The position numbers and the translations under genes were made by a program. Of a DNA stretch of 64,000 nucleotides, positions 1 to 13,759 are shown piece by piece. This DNA comes from Candidatus Coatesbacteria bacterium (GTDB taxonomy: Bacteria; JAFGND01), in assembly GCA_016927185.1 (NCBI GenBank), contig JAFGND010000060.1, positions 36,035-100,034 on the forward strand, in the 5' to 3' direction. How positions within the stretch are numbered: position 1 is the first letter of the stretch; every line of letters begins with the position of its first letter. Under the pieces are notes generated by a model that was given only the letters and a program-made list of their open reading frames with translations, was not told the DNA's origin and ran no database searches.

Positions 1-1230
1 CGTGCTTCAAATACCAGAATAATCTATGAATATGGTCATAGTTCTGTTGCAGAGCATGCTTATTTCAATTTTGATATAAGCAGGATATCAAGGCTTGCAC
101 TGGAATCTCTTGAAAGTTTCAGAATTGCCAGCTTTACTGAAAAATCACAAAGATATGTTGTCTTTTCTCCACCTGACATATGCATTCCAATTGAGATAGA
201 GAATCAGGAGATAAGGAAGAAATATGTTCATGTGATTTCTACTTTGTTTAATTTCTATGAAAAAGCGAATAACATGCTTGTTGAGAAATTCGGAAACAAG
301 CAGAAGGGAAGATGCATTGCTCAGGAAGATTCAAGATACATACTTCCTCTTGCAACAAGAAGTCAGGTTGGTTTTTCTGTAAACGGACGAAGTCTTGAAA
401 GGATTATAAGCAGACTTCAATCAAGTCCTCTATCAGAAGTCAGAACCCTGGGAAAATTCCTGTTTGATGAAGTATATGATTACGCTCCTTCAATAATAAA
501 ATATGTAGAACCTCACGGGTATTTTGAAAAGAGTTTCAAATACTGCAAGGATATTGCAGAACTTTATGGCAAAAAAACAGTGGAAAAGAATGATGAAGAT
601 GTGAAGCTGGTTTATTTCACGCCAAATGGAGAGGACAGATTGCTGGGAATCCTTCTTATGGAACATGGCAGATTATCAGCAGAAAAATCTTTTGCTGTTG
701 TTAGAAAAATGAAGGAGGAGCAGAAGGAAGAATTGATAAGGGAATGCTTTTATTTCCAGGAGTATTACCAGGATCCACCAAAGCAGTTTGAACTACTGGA
801 ACTGGGTTTTGAGGTTAATATTTCAGCAACTGCATTTGCACAACTTAAAAGGCATAGACTCACAACTCTAATCAAGCAACCATATTCAACATCACTGGGA
901 CTGACTATTCCTAAAACCATTACGCAAATAGGATTAGAAAATGAGATTAAAGGAATCAATGAAGAGCTTATAAAGGTTTATGAAGAATTGAAAACGAATT
1001 ATGGAAATGATGTAGCGTCTTATATTTTAACAAATGCCCATAAGAGAAAAGTATTCATAAAATTCAATCTCAGGAATTTCTTTTCATTTTCAAGACTCCG
1101 CATAGATAAGCATGCTCAGTGGGATATTAGGGAGATTTCCGAAAAAATGCTTGATCAGGTAAGGGAAGTCTATCCAATTTGCAGCCGATATATAACAGGG
1201 AAAGATAACCACAGGACATTGCTGCCATGA
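1..1230 (+). CDS. thyX: FAD-dependent thymidylate synthase (ThyX) family protein, 5'-truncated by the window edge, apparently with two ThyX-like modules
   Basis: Frame 1 is open from nt 1 (RASNTRIIYEYGHSSVAEHAYFNFDISRISR...SFTEKSQRYV), which fits the ThyX H-x-SV-x-EH and S-x-x-SQRY signatures. A second module with AQLKRHRLTT lies downstream. The listed ORF 232..1230 starts at an internal ATG of the same frame. Confidence 0.7.
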   Translation, partial: RASNTRIIYEYGHSSVAEHAYFNFDISRISRLALESLESFRIASFTEKSQRYVVFSPPDICIPIEIENQEIRKKYVHVISTLFNFYEKANNMLVEKFGNKQKGRCIAQEDSRYILPLATRSQVGFSVNGRSLERIISRLQSSPLSEVRTLGKFLFDEVYDYAPSIIKYVEPHGYFEKSFKYCKDIAELYGKKTVEKNDEDVKLVYFTPNGEDRLLGILLMEHGRLSAEKSFAVVRKMKEEQKEELIRECFYFQEYYQDPPKQFELLELGFEVNISATAFAQLKRHRLTTLIKQPYSTSLGLTIPKTITQIGLENEIKGINEELIKVYEELKTNYGNDVASYILTNAHKRKVFIKFNLRNFFSFSRLRIDKHAQWDIREISEKMLDQVREVYPICSRYITGKDNHRTLLP

Positions 1231-3299
1231 AAAGTCAATATAAATGGTTGGTTCTGATTTTCTTCATAATGATAATGATTATTTTCTTTTATATGACCTA
1301 TGAAGATATAAATTCACAAGCAGCGGAGAGAATTCAAAGTCAATTGGCAGATCTTGGAAAGGGTATAGAACTCAGTCTTCAGGATGATTTTACCCTGATT
1401 GATAAAAGGATAGATTCAATTTTTACTGCAAGCAACAATCAAATCCACGTTTTTGCATCCAAGTACAAGAATAGCTATACTTCCTGCAATTTGATAAAAC
1501 AGGTATTTATACTGGATAGCAGTAACAAGGAAATCTACACTTCGTCATCTATTGATGATACGCTGAAATCTGTCTTACAGAAGGATATCGAAAAAACTGG
1601 ATTTGCCAGGAAAGAGATGGAGAAGTATTATGTCTATCACACAAAGCAAGATGCAAAAAACTGGTTACTAGTTTTATATAGACCTTTATATAATGATCAT
1701 GCTTACCAGGGTGTTGTGATTGTTTTGCTGAATAGAGAAGAGATGGAGAAATCCCTGAAGAAGTGGACTATTTATTTCAGAGATCTCAACTTCCTTATCA
1801 GCGATCAGAATAAGCAGATAATTTTCAATACTAGAGATTCTAGTTTTGTAGGGTGTAATAGACTGAGTTTTGAAGTGACTACCCAGTCAGACCAACTAGA
1901 GGAATATTACAAGGAAATTTTCTCCAGAAAGTCAGGATCTACCAATATTATGATGAGAAAGGGTAAAAGCCTTATTATTGCATATCAATCAGTTATGATA
2001 AACAAGAAGGATTTCTGGGTAATTGAACTGAATTCTCCTTACGGAAGTATAAATGAATCTACAAAGACAATTCATATATATATAGCTTCTATTATTGTAT
2101 TATCGTTGCTCTTTGTTTTATGTATGACATATATCTTTTTAAAAGAAAGAAAGAAGGAAATGCATGATTTGCAGACTAGAGATCTTCAAACATGCCATGA
2201 ATTACAGAATTGCCTGACTGATGCAAATGATGAGTTGAATCTATATAAAGCAATTTTAAAGACCATTTTTAGATATCTTGATAATCCAACCTTTGTTATT
2301 CTTGATATTCATGGAAGAATACAAAGCATGTCCCATCATTTGTTAATGATTCTTAATTACAGAAATTTTGAAGAAATAAAGGGACATCCAGTGGAAGAAC
2401 TATTCACAAGTGATGAATTGGGAAATGTTGCAGAATTACTTACCACTGTAAGACAGAAGAAGATTTTCAGCAGCAATTCCATCTCAGTTCATTCAAAAGA
2501 CAGAAAGACTATTGTTGTAGAATTGAATGCTTCTTCATTGATTGATCCTGAAGGTAATCTTATCGGTATTTATATACAATTTCTTGAACAATCAAAGACA
2601 AAGGAATATGTTTCACTAATTGAAAGAGAGCTTTTCGAGGATCTGAATCGTTATTATCTCAAGAGATTCGAGATGATAATGTTAAGACTGGAAGCACAGT
2701 TAGGTCTTATCGATAATTCATTTCTTACAGTTTCAGAAAGGAATGTTTCTACTCAGGAGTTTATACAGATTATAGACAGGAACACAAGACAGGAAAGAAA
2801 ATCATCATTACAAAAGCTTTTCTTGAATAATATCATAGAACAGCATTGCAGTTACTGGTTGAGTGAGAAAAATATTAATTTGAAACTTGATGAGAAACTG
2901 CCTCATTTCAAGGGAGTGATTATAGAGATTATTTTTCTTATTGATTTGGTTATAAACTACCTGGATAATTATCTTCTTACAAATGTAAGAGAAAGACAGA
3001 TAGCTACTTCTTTCGATAATTCAAAGATATATATAAATTTTGCTTTTTACGGGAAAAGGCTAAGGCTGACAAGGGAAAGTGCAAAACCTGATACAATAAG
3101 AATCCAGGCAGAAAAGATAAGAAAGAGAATTGAAATAGTATTAAAATGGTATGAAGCTGACTGGCATATAAAGGAAATTGGGGAAGAGGAAGTAATTATA
3201 ACAGTTCATTTTCCAATTATTTCTTCAAAAACCCAGTTTACAAGAGAATTTCCTCCAGCTAACAAAAATACTGAAGGTAGAAATACTAAACAGGATTAA
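1227..3299 (+). CDS. Membrane sensor protein with a periplasmic domain and a PAS-like domain; output domain unclear
   Basis: The ATGA start overlaps the thyX stop. There is an N-terminal TM (WLVLIFFIMIMIIFFYM) and a second TM (IYIASIIVLSLLFVLCMTYIF). A PAS-like stretch follows (NPTFVILDIHGRIQSMS...GHPVEELF). I could not find a clear H-box or HATPase motifs. Confidence 0.45.
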   Translation: MKSQYKWLVLIFFIMIMIIFFYMTYEDINSQAAERIQSQLADLGKGIELSLQDDFTLIDKRIDSIFTASNNQIHVFASKYKNSYTSCNLIKQVFILDSSNKEIYTSSSIDDTLKSVLQKDIEKTGFARKEMEKYYVYHTKQDAKNWLLVLYRPLYNDHAYQGVVIVLLNREEMEKSLKKWTIYFRDLNFLISDQNKQIIFNTRDSSFVGCNRLSFEVTTQSDQLEEYYKEIFSRKSGSTNIMMRKGKSLIIAYQSVMINKKDFWVIELNSPYGSINESTKTIHIYIASIIVLSLLFVLCMTYIFLKERKKEMHDLQTRDLQTCHELQNCLTDANDELNLYKAILKTIFRYLDNPTFVILDIHGRIQSMSHHLLMILNYRNFEEIKGHPVEELFTSDELGNVAELLTTVRQKKIFSSNSISVHSKDRKTIVVELNASSLIDPEGNLIGIYIQFLEQSKTKEYVSLIERELFEDLNRYYLKRFEMIMLRLEAQLGLIDNSFLTVSERNVSTQEFIQIIDRNTRQERKSSLQKLFLNNIIEQHCSYWLSEKNINLKLDEKLPHFKGVIIEIIFLIDLVINYLDNYLLTNVRERQIATSFDNSKIYINFAFYGKRLRLTRESAKPDTIRIQAEKIRKRIEIVLKWYEADWHIKEIGEEEVIITVHFPIISSKTQFTREFPPANKNTEGRNTKQD

Positions 3300-3871
3300 T
3301 CCCAGTACTCAAGAAATTTCTTGTGAATTCTTGTATCTTGAGAAATCTCTGGATGAAAAGTCAATCCCCATATCTTGTCTTGTCTTATAAAAACAGGGGA
3401 TTCTCTGTAAGTTGACAAGATTTCAATTTCCCCATATAATTCTATGATTTTTGGAGCTCTGATGAAAATACCTGTAAATAATTCATCTAGACCATCGATT
3501 TGTAAGGGAACTTCGAAACTTTCAACTTGTCTTCCATAAGCATTTCTTTGTATTTTTATATCAAGAAGTGATAAGCTTCTCTGATCAGGAATGACATCCC
3601 TGGCTAGTAGTATTGTTCCTGCACAAGTTGCAAACATGGGGAAGTCTTTTTTTTGGCATCTTTCATTTATTGCTATATCAAGACCTGTAAAGGAAAGCAA
3701 GCGAAGCATTGTAGAGGATTCTCCTCCTGGGAGAAAAAGCCCTTCCACTTTTTTCAGATCTTCAGGTTTTTTTACCCAGATTGTTTCAATCCCCAAATCC
3801 CACAGTATTTTTTGATGCTCTTGAATATCTCCCTGCATCGCCAGGATGCCAAGAGGAGGGTATTTTTTCAT
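3296..3871 (-). CDS. pdxT: Pyridoxal 5'-phosphate synthase glutaminase subunit PdxT
   Basis: LGILAMQGDIQEH, LPGGESSTM, catalytic-Cys context ATCAGTILLA and TFHPE are all present. It lies immediately downstream of pdxS. Confidence 0.9.
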   Translation of the reverse strand: MKKYPPLGILAMQGDIQEHQKILWDLGIETIWVKKPEDLKKVEGLFLPGGESSTMLRLLSFTGLDIAINERCQKKDFPMFATCAGTILLARDVIPDQRSLSLLDIKIQRNAYGRQVESFEVPLQIDGLDELFTGIFIRAPKIIELYGEIEILSTYRESPVFIRQDKIWGLTFHPEISQDTRIHKKFLEYWD

Positions 3872-4756
3872 TTACCATCCACGTTCCTGAAGTTTTATTT
3901 CAAGATTCTCTATTTCTAGTCCGATCATCGGAGTTCCTACATTCTCACTTATTTTTGCAAGTTCCTCAGGATCATTGTAATGCATTACTGCTTTTACTAT
4001 TGCCTGAGCCATTTTTGCAGGATCCTTGCTTTTAAATATTCCAGAGCCAACAAATACTCCATCTGCTCCCAATAACATCATCAAGGAAGCATCTGCAGGG
4101 GTTGCTACTCCACCAGCTGCGAAATTGACAACAGGCAACCTTCCACCCTTTTCCTTGACCATCAGAACGAGTTCATATGGAGCCTGGATTTCTTTTGCAT
4201 AAGTCATTATTTCTGCATTATCCATACTGGTTACGCGTCTCATTTCACCCATTATTGCTCTCATATGTTTAACTGCTTCAATTATATTGCCTGTACCTGC
4301 TTCTCCTTTTGTTCTTATCATTGCAGCACCTTCGCCAATTCTTCTCAATGCTTCTCCAAGATTCCTGGCGCCACATACAAACGGAACTTTATAATCCCAT
4401 TTGTTTATATGAAATTTATCATCTGCTGGAGTCAATACTTCACTTTCGTCAACAAAATCAACTCCAATCGATTGAAGGATATTGGCTTCTGCAATATGTC
4501 CAATTCTTACCTTGGCCATTACAGGGATATTCACTGATTCCATAATTTTCTTGATGAGACCGATATCAGCCATCCTTGCCACTCCACCTTGTTTTCTTAT
4601 GTCTGCTGGAACTCTTTCCAATGCCATGACCGAAGTGGCACCTGCATCTTCAGCGATTTTTGCTTGATCCGGAGTAGTCACATCCATTATAACACCATTC
4701 TTGAACATATCTGCAAAGCCTTCTTTTATCTTGAATGTACCTTTAAGTTCTGACAT
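3872..4756 (-). CDS. pdxS: Pyridoxal 5'-phosphate synthase lyase subunit PdxS
   Basis: [42 protein letters not shown] is the hallmark PdxS N-terminal block. The 294-aa length fits. Confidence 0.95.
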   Translation of the reverse strand: MSELKGTFKIKEGFADMFKNGVIMDVTTPDQAKIAEDAGATSVMALERVPADIRKQGGVARMADIGLIKKIMESVNIPVMAKVRIGHIAEANILQSIGVDFVDESEVLTPADDKFHINKWDYKVPFVCGARNLGEALRRIGEGAAMIRTKGEAGTGNIIEAVKHMRAIMGEMRRVTSMDNAEIMTYAKEIQAPYELVLMVKEKGGRLPVVNFAAGGVATPADASLMMLLGADGVFVGSGIFKSKDPAKMAQAIVKAVMHYNDPEELAKISENVGTPMIGLEIENLEIKLQERGW

Positions 4757-4825
4757 TTTTACCTCCTTTTCTTTTAATTGACATTTTTTTAAGGGCTTAT
4801 TTCAGTCAAGCATAAACAAAAATAT

Positions 4826-5581
4826 CTATTTTGTTTCATTCTCCTTTTGCTTTATGAACTTCGAGAATTCATAGAAGCCACTAAGGCAACACAATATGAA
4901 ACCTTCCAGCCCATCCAGGAATCCCATTTTCAATATATACATACGTATGAAGGTTTGTATGAACTTTGTTGGAATATGATAGTATTTTATTCTCCTTCCT
5001 CTGTTAATTCTTTCTATCGCTTCTAAAGTAGTATATATATTAAGCTTATCCATATAGTCTTCAAGATTTTCATATGAGAAATGAAAGAATTCTCCTGACA
5101 ATTTACCTATCTTACCATTTGTTCTGAAACTTTCATGAATTCCAGTTTCATCCATACTTACTTCGCTTTTCTTGAATAATCTGAAATTATACTGGGGATA
5201 CCAGCTAGAATGTCTTATGAACTTCCCACAGAAATAAGGCTGCTCTGGAATTTTGAATCCTGAATGTTCCTGATCATTCAATACTACATCAATTATTTCC
5301 TTCTGTAGCCTGATTGAAAGACTTTCATCTGCATCAAGATTGAGTATCCAATCATTACTTGCTTTGGAGAGAGCAAACAGTTTTTGTTCATAATATCCTT
5401 TCCATTCTTTCTGGAAAACTATTATTTCAGGGAATTGCTTCAGAATCTCCATAGTCCTGTCAGTAGAAAAACTGTCGACTACAATTATTTCAGATGCAAA
5501 GTATATGCTTGATAGGCACTCTTCTATCCTCTTCTCTTCATTGTAGCAAATTATTATCACACTTAATGGTATTTTATTCAA
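4826..5581 (-). CDS. Family 2 glycosyltransferase
   Basis: LSVIIICYNEEKRIEECLSSI, DSFSTDRT and the DxD-type LNLDADE are present. Confidence 0.8.
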   Translation of the reverse strand: MNKIPLSVIIICYNEEKRIEECLSSIYFASEIIVVDSFSTDRTMEILKQFPEIIVFQKEWKGYYEQKLFALSKASNDWILNLDADESLSIRLQKEIIDVVLNDQEHSGFKIPEQPYFCGKFIRHSSWYPQYNFRLFKKSEVSMDETGIHESFRTNGKIGKLSGEFFHFSYENLEDYMDKLNIYTTLEAIERINRGRRIKYYHIPTKFIQTFIRMYILKMGFLDGLEGFILCCLSGFYEFSKFIKQKENETK

Positions 5582-6875
5582 TGATTTCTCCTATCATGTC
5601 AGGATAAAGTATTTGTTTTATTACTATTTTCTTGAAAGAACCTGATCTGATTTTCACTGAGCTATTTTCTATCAGAACATGTCCGTCAATATCATCTGCA
5701 GAGAAATATGGCCTCGCATGAATTCCTTGAAAATCTTTTCCAATTATCAAGCAATTATAAGTCTTGTCCATGAATTCATGCAGCTTTTCATTTGTACATC
5801 TATCTCGCAGTTCAGTAAGAAAATTGTATCTTCTAATTTTTTCATTATAAGGAATCTGTTCAGCAAATCCATAAGATAAAGTATTTTTCATATTTGAATA
5901 GGCAAATATTCCAATCCATGTAAACAAGTTATCTTGAACCAAGTCAGCCAACCTGAGAAAATCCTTTTCAGTTTCTCCAGGGAATCCTACCATCAATGTT
6001 GTTCTCAGAACCATATCAGGTCTTGCTTCTTTCAGCAACATCAAGTTGTCTTTTATTTTTTCAAGATCCTGATTCTCTCTATTCATTTTTTTCAATAAAT
6101 GGTTTGAAACATGCTGAATAGGTGTATCAAGATAGGAAACCAGATTCGGGAATTTTTTATATAAATCTGCGAGGTATTTGTCAATTCTTGCTGGATGCCA
6201 GTAAAGAAATCTTATCCATGGAACAGAAGAAAGCATTTTAAGAAGCTTGTAATGGTTTTCATATACCTGTTTTTCCGATCCCCATGCAGACAAATCTTGT
6301 GAGATCAGATTTACTTCCCTGGGTTTCCTTTTTTTTATTTCTTCTATTGATTTTTCCAGATCATTAATTGAATTGCTCTTGAGTTTTCCTCTGATAATTG
6401 GAATAGTGCAATAAGAGCATCTATTATTACAGCCATCACTTACCCTCAGATAAAATATCCCACCCTTTTTTCTTGAATAGTACGGTAATTCATTATTGGA
6501 AAATTTTTTTGAAGATTTCCCAGGCTTCTCAGAGAATTTTTTAATATCATTTAAAGTAAGGTAGTTTATTTTATTGAGTTTCTGTTTGGCTGTTTTCAAA
6601 TAAAGATTTACCAGACATCCATAGAGAAACAAATTCTGTCCTTTCTTGAGGCTATGCCTGACAATATCTATTGTTTGCATTGTCTCTTCTATTGCGTCTT
6701 GAATAAATGCACATGAGTTGACAATTACTATTTCTGCTTTTGAAATACTTGTTTCTTCCCATCCAATCAAATTGAATGCTTTTTCAAGTCTGCTAGTTTC
6801 AACCTCATTCTTTGCACAACCAAGAGTTATAACGCTAAAGGAGAAAGGCAATATAGTATTTTTTATTTTATCCAT
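5574..6875 (-). CDS. rimO: Radical SAM methylthiotransferase of the MiaB/RimO family (RimO-like)
   Basis: It has an N-terminal UPF0004 block (VITLGCAKNEVETSRLE) and a CxxxCxxC cluster (SDGCNNRCSYCTIPIIRGKLKS). A C-terminal TRAM-like tail and the 433-aa length fit the family. Confidence 0.6.
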   Translation of the reverse strand: MDKIKNTILPFSFSVITLGCAKNEVETSRLEKAFNLIGWEETSISKAEIVIVNSCAFIQDAIEETMQTIDIVRHSLKKGQNLFLYGCLVNLYLKTAKQKLNKINYLTLNDIKKFSEKPGKSSKKFSNNELPYYSRKKGGIFYLRVSDGCNNRCSYCTIPIIRGKLKSNSINDLEKSIEEIKKRKPREVNLISQDLSAWGSEKQVYENHYKLLKMLSSVPWIRFLYWHPARIDKYLADLYKKFPNLVSYLDTPIQHVSNHLLKKMNRENQDLEKIKDNLMLLKEARPDMVLRTTLMVGFPGETEKDFLRLADLVQDNLFTWIGIFAYSNMKNTLSYGFAEQIPYNEKIRRYNFLTELRDRCTNEKLHEFMDKTYNCLIIGKDFQGIHARPYFSADDIDGHVLIENSSVKIRSGSFKKIVIKQILYPDMIGEIIE

Positions 6876-6932
6876 AAATATCCAGCATAAATCAAACTTG
6901 ACAATAAGCTCATAGTTTATTTGTAAAACCTT

Positions 6933-7694
6933 ATGCTAATACTAATTGTTTTGCTTGGTATCAGTTCCTTTATTCATTCATCTTCACTAACTTATAATTA
7001 TTCTACCTACAAGCAAGTGCGTTATAAACTTTCAAGTCAAGGAAATATTTCCAACATTTTCAGCAAATCTCCTCCAGTAATAAGACTGGATAGTGAATCA
7101 GACGTTCTTGTATCTGTGCTTCCTTCCAGGGGAGATTCACTTCATATAAGAATAGATATAACCCCCTTAACAGTTACAATTAATGGTTTAACCTGGCCAT
7201 TGTCAAAAAAATACAATATGACTGCTATATTGACAATGCTGCCAAGCGGAAAAGGATTAAAATTACGCTATTTCAAGGGATACAGAATGTCATCTAATGT
7301 ATTCATGGGAATTTACTATGGTTTGTTACCTCAGTTTCCTGATAATATAAAAATAGGAACCACTTGGCAGCAAGCTCATGACACGAAATTCAAGATAACA
7401 CCTGACTATTTTCCAAGCCTTAGTGTTAAAAGCATATTCAAGTATGAAAGGGATGAACATATAGAGGATTATGATTTGATAAACATTGTTGTAAGGAGTA
7501 CTCAGATAATTACTGAGAAGAGAGTGAAGGGTAGGGGAAAAGCGGATATGCTTCTTAAATTCTATCCTTCAAAAGGCATTGTCACTAGCGGAACATTGAG
7601 ATGGTTGATGAATACAGACTTTTTCAAGGATGGAGAAAAAGAAAGAGTATTCTGGGATCAAGTGTTTTCTTTGAGTTTCATAGAAGCAAAATGA
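6933..7694 (+). CDS. Hypothetical secreted protein
   Basis: There is an N-terminal signal-like segment (MLILIVLLGISSFIHS). I recognise no family. Its stop overlaps the maf start. Confidence 0.4.
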   Translation: MLILIVLLGISSFIHSSSLTYNYSTYKQVRYKLSSQGNISNIFSKSPPVIRLDSESDVLVSVLPSRGDSLHIRIDITPLTVTINGLTWPLSKKYNMTAILTMLPSGKGLKLRYFKGYRMSSNVFMGIYYGLLPQFPDNIKIGTTWQQAHDTKFKITPDYFPSLSVKSIFKYERDEHIEDYDLINIVVRSTQIITEKRVKGRGKADMLLKFYPSKGIVTSGTLRWLMNTDFFKDGEKERVFWDQVFSLSFIEAK

Positions 7695-8284
7695 AGGTTT
7701 TCTTGTATTCTACTTCTCCAAGAAGAGCTGAAGTTCTTAGATTGATAGGTTGTGATTTCATTATTAAGGAACCATTAGGAGATGAAAGAGGGATTTCCAA
7801 AACACTTTCTCCGGAAGACTATGTCATAAAATCTTCGCTTGTAAAATTGGGTAATAGAGAGAAGATAAAAGATAGCGGATTGTGTATTAGTGCCGATACA
7901 ATAGTCTTCTTTAATGGGCAATATCTTGAAAAACCGGATAATGAAAATGAAGCTTTCCTGATGCTTGAGGCTCTTTCAGGGCATTGGCACCATGTATATA
8001 CTGGAATGACATTATTTAATTCAATTGATAGATCTTTATTTTCTTTCTCTGAGATAACTGAAGTGAGTTTCAGGCATTTTAACAGTGAATTCATAAAAAG
8101 CTATCTGAGTACCGGAGAGCCTTTTGATAAAGCTGGAGCTTATGGTATTCAGGGGTATGGTGCAAGCCTGATAAAGGAGATAAAGGGTTGCTATTATAAT
8201 GTAATGGGATTTCCACTTGCAAAATTTCTTGATGTAATTGAGGAAAGGAATTTCAGAATATCTTTATTCAAAAGGAGAATATGA
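7691..8284 (+). CDS. maf: Maf-like nucleoside triphosphate pyrophosphatase
   Basis: MKVFLYSTSPRRAEVLRLIG, ADTIV and DKAGAYGIQG are present. The start is taken at the ATG at 7691 (ATGA overlap with the upstream stop) rather than the longest ORF start at 7601. Confidence 0.85.
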   Translation: MKVFLYSTSPRRAEVLRLIGCDFIIKEPLGDERGISKTLSPEDYVIKSSLVKLGNREKIKDSGLCISADTIVFFNGQYLEKPDNENEAFLMLEALSGHWHHVYTGMTLFNSIDRSLFSFSEITEVSFRHFNSEFIKSYLSTGEPFDKAGAYGIQGYGASLIKEIKGCYYNVMGFPLAKFLDVIEERNFRISLFKRRI

Positions 8285-9549
8285 AGAAGTGGGTGTTTTA
8301 TTTGCTGCTAGTTCTTATTACTATCGGCTGCAGAAGGAAAGATGGTAAAATTGAGTTTTCCTGTCCTGGAAAGGAAAAAGAGATAGTTTTTTGGCATGCT
8401 ATGGGAGGTCCACTGGGAGAGACTTTAGAATCATTAGTTAATGATTTTACAAAGCAATACCCAAAATACAAGATAAGGCTTGTTAACTGCGGAAATTATA
8501 ATGCTCTTTCTCAGAAAGTAATGGCATCACTTGCAGCCAAGAATACTCCGACAATAGCTCAAGTATTTCCAACTCAAGTTGCAGTTATGATAAAATCAGA
8601 TAGAATCCATCGTCTTGATGAGATGCCTAATGCAAATCTTGTTATAAAGAGAACATTTCCTGTACTTATAAGAGAGAATACCTGGAATGATCAACTGTGG
8701 TCTATTCCTTTCAATAAATCAGTACAGGTAGTATATTACAATGTAGAGGAGTTCAAAAAAAATGGATTAAAACCTGCTACAAGCTGGACAGAATTTGATC
8801 AGCTGGTTGATAAACTGACAAGAAAAGATGAAAATGGAAAGACTTTGCGTTATGGTCTTGGAATGAGCTTGTCAACCTGGACTTTCCAGAATTTCCTTTC
8901 TCTTGCTGGAGGAGAATTACTAGACAAGGATGGAAATCCTCAATTTCATAATGAAACTGGTATTAAGACTTTGTCTTTCCTGCTTAATCTGATTCACAAG
9001 AAAAAAACAGCAAAGGTTCTTGAAGGTTTCGAGATTCAAAATGAATTTCTTGCAGGAAATATTGGAATGGTTCTGGGATCATGCGCTTCTTATTCATTCA
9101 TGAAACAGATATCAAGATTCAAGCTTGGTGTATTCCATCTTCCTGCAGACAAGAAAGCATTAACTATTGTTTCAGGAACCAATATTGTTCTTTTCAAGGG
9201 AAAACCTGCTGATCAGACTGAAGGGGCATGGCGTTTTCTGGAATGGCTTACGGAGCCAAAGCAGAGTGTAAAATGGTCTATGGCAACAAGTTATGCTCCA
9301 TTAAATCCAGAATGTTTTCAGGATAAGGAATATCTTGAATATCTTGACAAAATTCCTGGATTGAAAGATGCTTATTTGACGATGCAGAATGGAGACATGG
9401 AGCCAAGATTTTCTTTCTGGGTAGATGGAAGAAAGATACTTTCTGATCATCTTGAGAAATGCCTCATAAAGGAGGATGCTGATCCCAAAAAGGAATTGAC
9501 AGAAGCAGCTCAGGAGATCTCTGCAATAAAAGAAAGAGAAAGTAAGTAA
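8281..9549 (+). CDS. ABC transporter extracellular solute-binding lipoprotein (carbohydrate type)
   Basis: It has a lipobox (LITIGC) and the size and composition of a family-1 solute-binding protein. No permease or ATPase gene is adjacent. Confidence 0.65.
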   Translation: MKKWVFYLLLVLITIGCRRKDGKIEFSCPGKEKEIVFWHAMGGPLGETLESLVNDFTKQYPKYKIRLVNCGNYNALSQKVMASLAAKNTPTIAQVFPTQVAVMIKSDRIHRLDEMPNANLVIKRTFPVLIRENTWNDQLWSIPFNKSVQVVYYNVEEFKKNGLKPATSWTEFDQLVDKLTRKDENGKTLRYGLGMSLSTWTFQNFLSLAGGELLDKDGNPQFHNETGIKTLSFLLNLIHKKKTAKVLEGFEIQNEFLAGNIGMVLGSCASYSFMKQISRFKLGVFHLPADKKALTIVSGTNIVLFKGKPADQTEGAWRFLEWLTEPKQSVKWSMATSYAPLNPECFQDKEYLEYLDKIPGLKDAYLTMQNGDMEPRFSFWVDGRKILSDHLEKCLIKEDADPKKELTEAAQEISAIKERESK

Positions 9550-10292
9550 TATATTAACAGTCTTTACTTCTTCTGAAATAACATAATAATCTTGGAAGAT
9601 TCTAATAACTTGACTTTTTAGAAGCGGTTTCAGTTTCAATTCTTAAATAAAAATTCAGATAATGAGCACAAAACCACATTACTATGGACATAGAAGCAGA
9701 TTGAGAGACAAGTTCCTAAAGTTAGGTGCTGAAAGTCTTTCTGACTATGAAATAGTTGAATTGCTTCTTGGTTATGCTTTACCAAGAAGAGATGTGAAAC
9801 CATTAGCCAAAGAGCTTATTGCCTTATTTTCCGGATTTGCTTCATTGTTTGATACAAAGACAGAGAAGTTAATTGAAGAAGGGAAATTATCTGAAAATAC
9901 TGCATTGATTTTTGCTCTTACGAGAGAGATTCAAAGAAGATATGCGCTGGATAAGATTGAACAAAAGCCAGCCGTACAAAGTCCTGAAGAAGTTTATAAT
10001 TTTGCCAGACCTACCCTTGCAGGCTTAGAGAAGGAGGAATTCTGGATAGCTTTTCTTGATGCCGCAAACAGGGTGATAGCTTTCGAGAAAATTGGTCAGG
10101 GTACTGTGAACCAGAGTGTTGTTTATCCCAGAATTGTCGTTGAAAGATGTATTAAATTTAATACAACAGCAGTGATCTTCATGCACAATCATCCTGCAGA
10201 AAATCTTCAACCATCAGTTGCAGATATCACATTAACTCAGAAACTGAAGAAATTACTGGCAGATATTGGTATATTTCTGCATGATCACGTAA

Positions 10293-12913
<2,621 letters not shown>

Positions 12914-13759
12914 GAGAAAGTCGTCTTTTCAGTAATGGATGTTTTACAGCATTGTAAGCAGGGAAATACTGATTCATTAACGATATAGCAGCCTTCCTGT
13001 CAATTTTCTTGGTGATTATTCTCAAAACATTTTCAGATTGTGAAAAATTTGAGGGAAGAACAAGATGACGTATTAAAACTCCTCTATAAGCAATCTTGTT
13101 TTTCAATTTCAGTCTTCCTGTCTGTCGATACATTTCTTTTATAGCCTTGATTGCAATGTTTCTGTAACCAGGCATTTTTGAAATCTCTTTTGAAACCTTG
13201 TTTGATGAATACTTGAAATCAGGCAGGTAAATATCTATAAGTCCATCTAGCAAGGCAAGACATTCCATAGTCATATAAGCATTGGTGTTAATTATTAAAG
13301 GTAAATTCAACCCTTTATCTATCGCAAGATACAAGGAATCTATGAATAAAGGAATATGAGGTGTTGGAGTTACTAGTCCTATATGATGGACTTTTCTGTT
13401 CTGCAGTTTTATCATTTCTAAGGCAAGATCAATGCTGGCTATTTCATTTCCTACCCCAAGCTGGGAAATAGGATAATTCTGGCAGAATGTGCATCTTGCA
13501 GTGCAGCCTGAAAAGAAGATATTACCAGTTCCCCTGAAATTATCGCCTTCTCCTGCTAAACAGGGCTCCTCTCCAGTATGAACTATTATGCTGGCAACCT
13601 TCAGTTTACTTCCTTGTCTGCAAAAGCCTTTTTCTCCCTTCAGTCTGTTTATCTTGCATCTATGACCGCATAAAGTACAGCAAGATAACATCTTGAGTGA
13701 CTGTTCTTTCTTTGCAGCCCAGTCTGCATCAGAAAGATTCATATAAGAAGGATATTTCA

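Noticed and set aside
3591-4667. Several plus-strand ORFs of 61-90 aa
   Set aside because: They are antisense to the highly conserved pdxT and pdxS genes.
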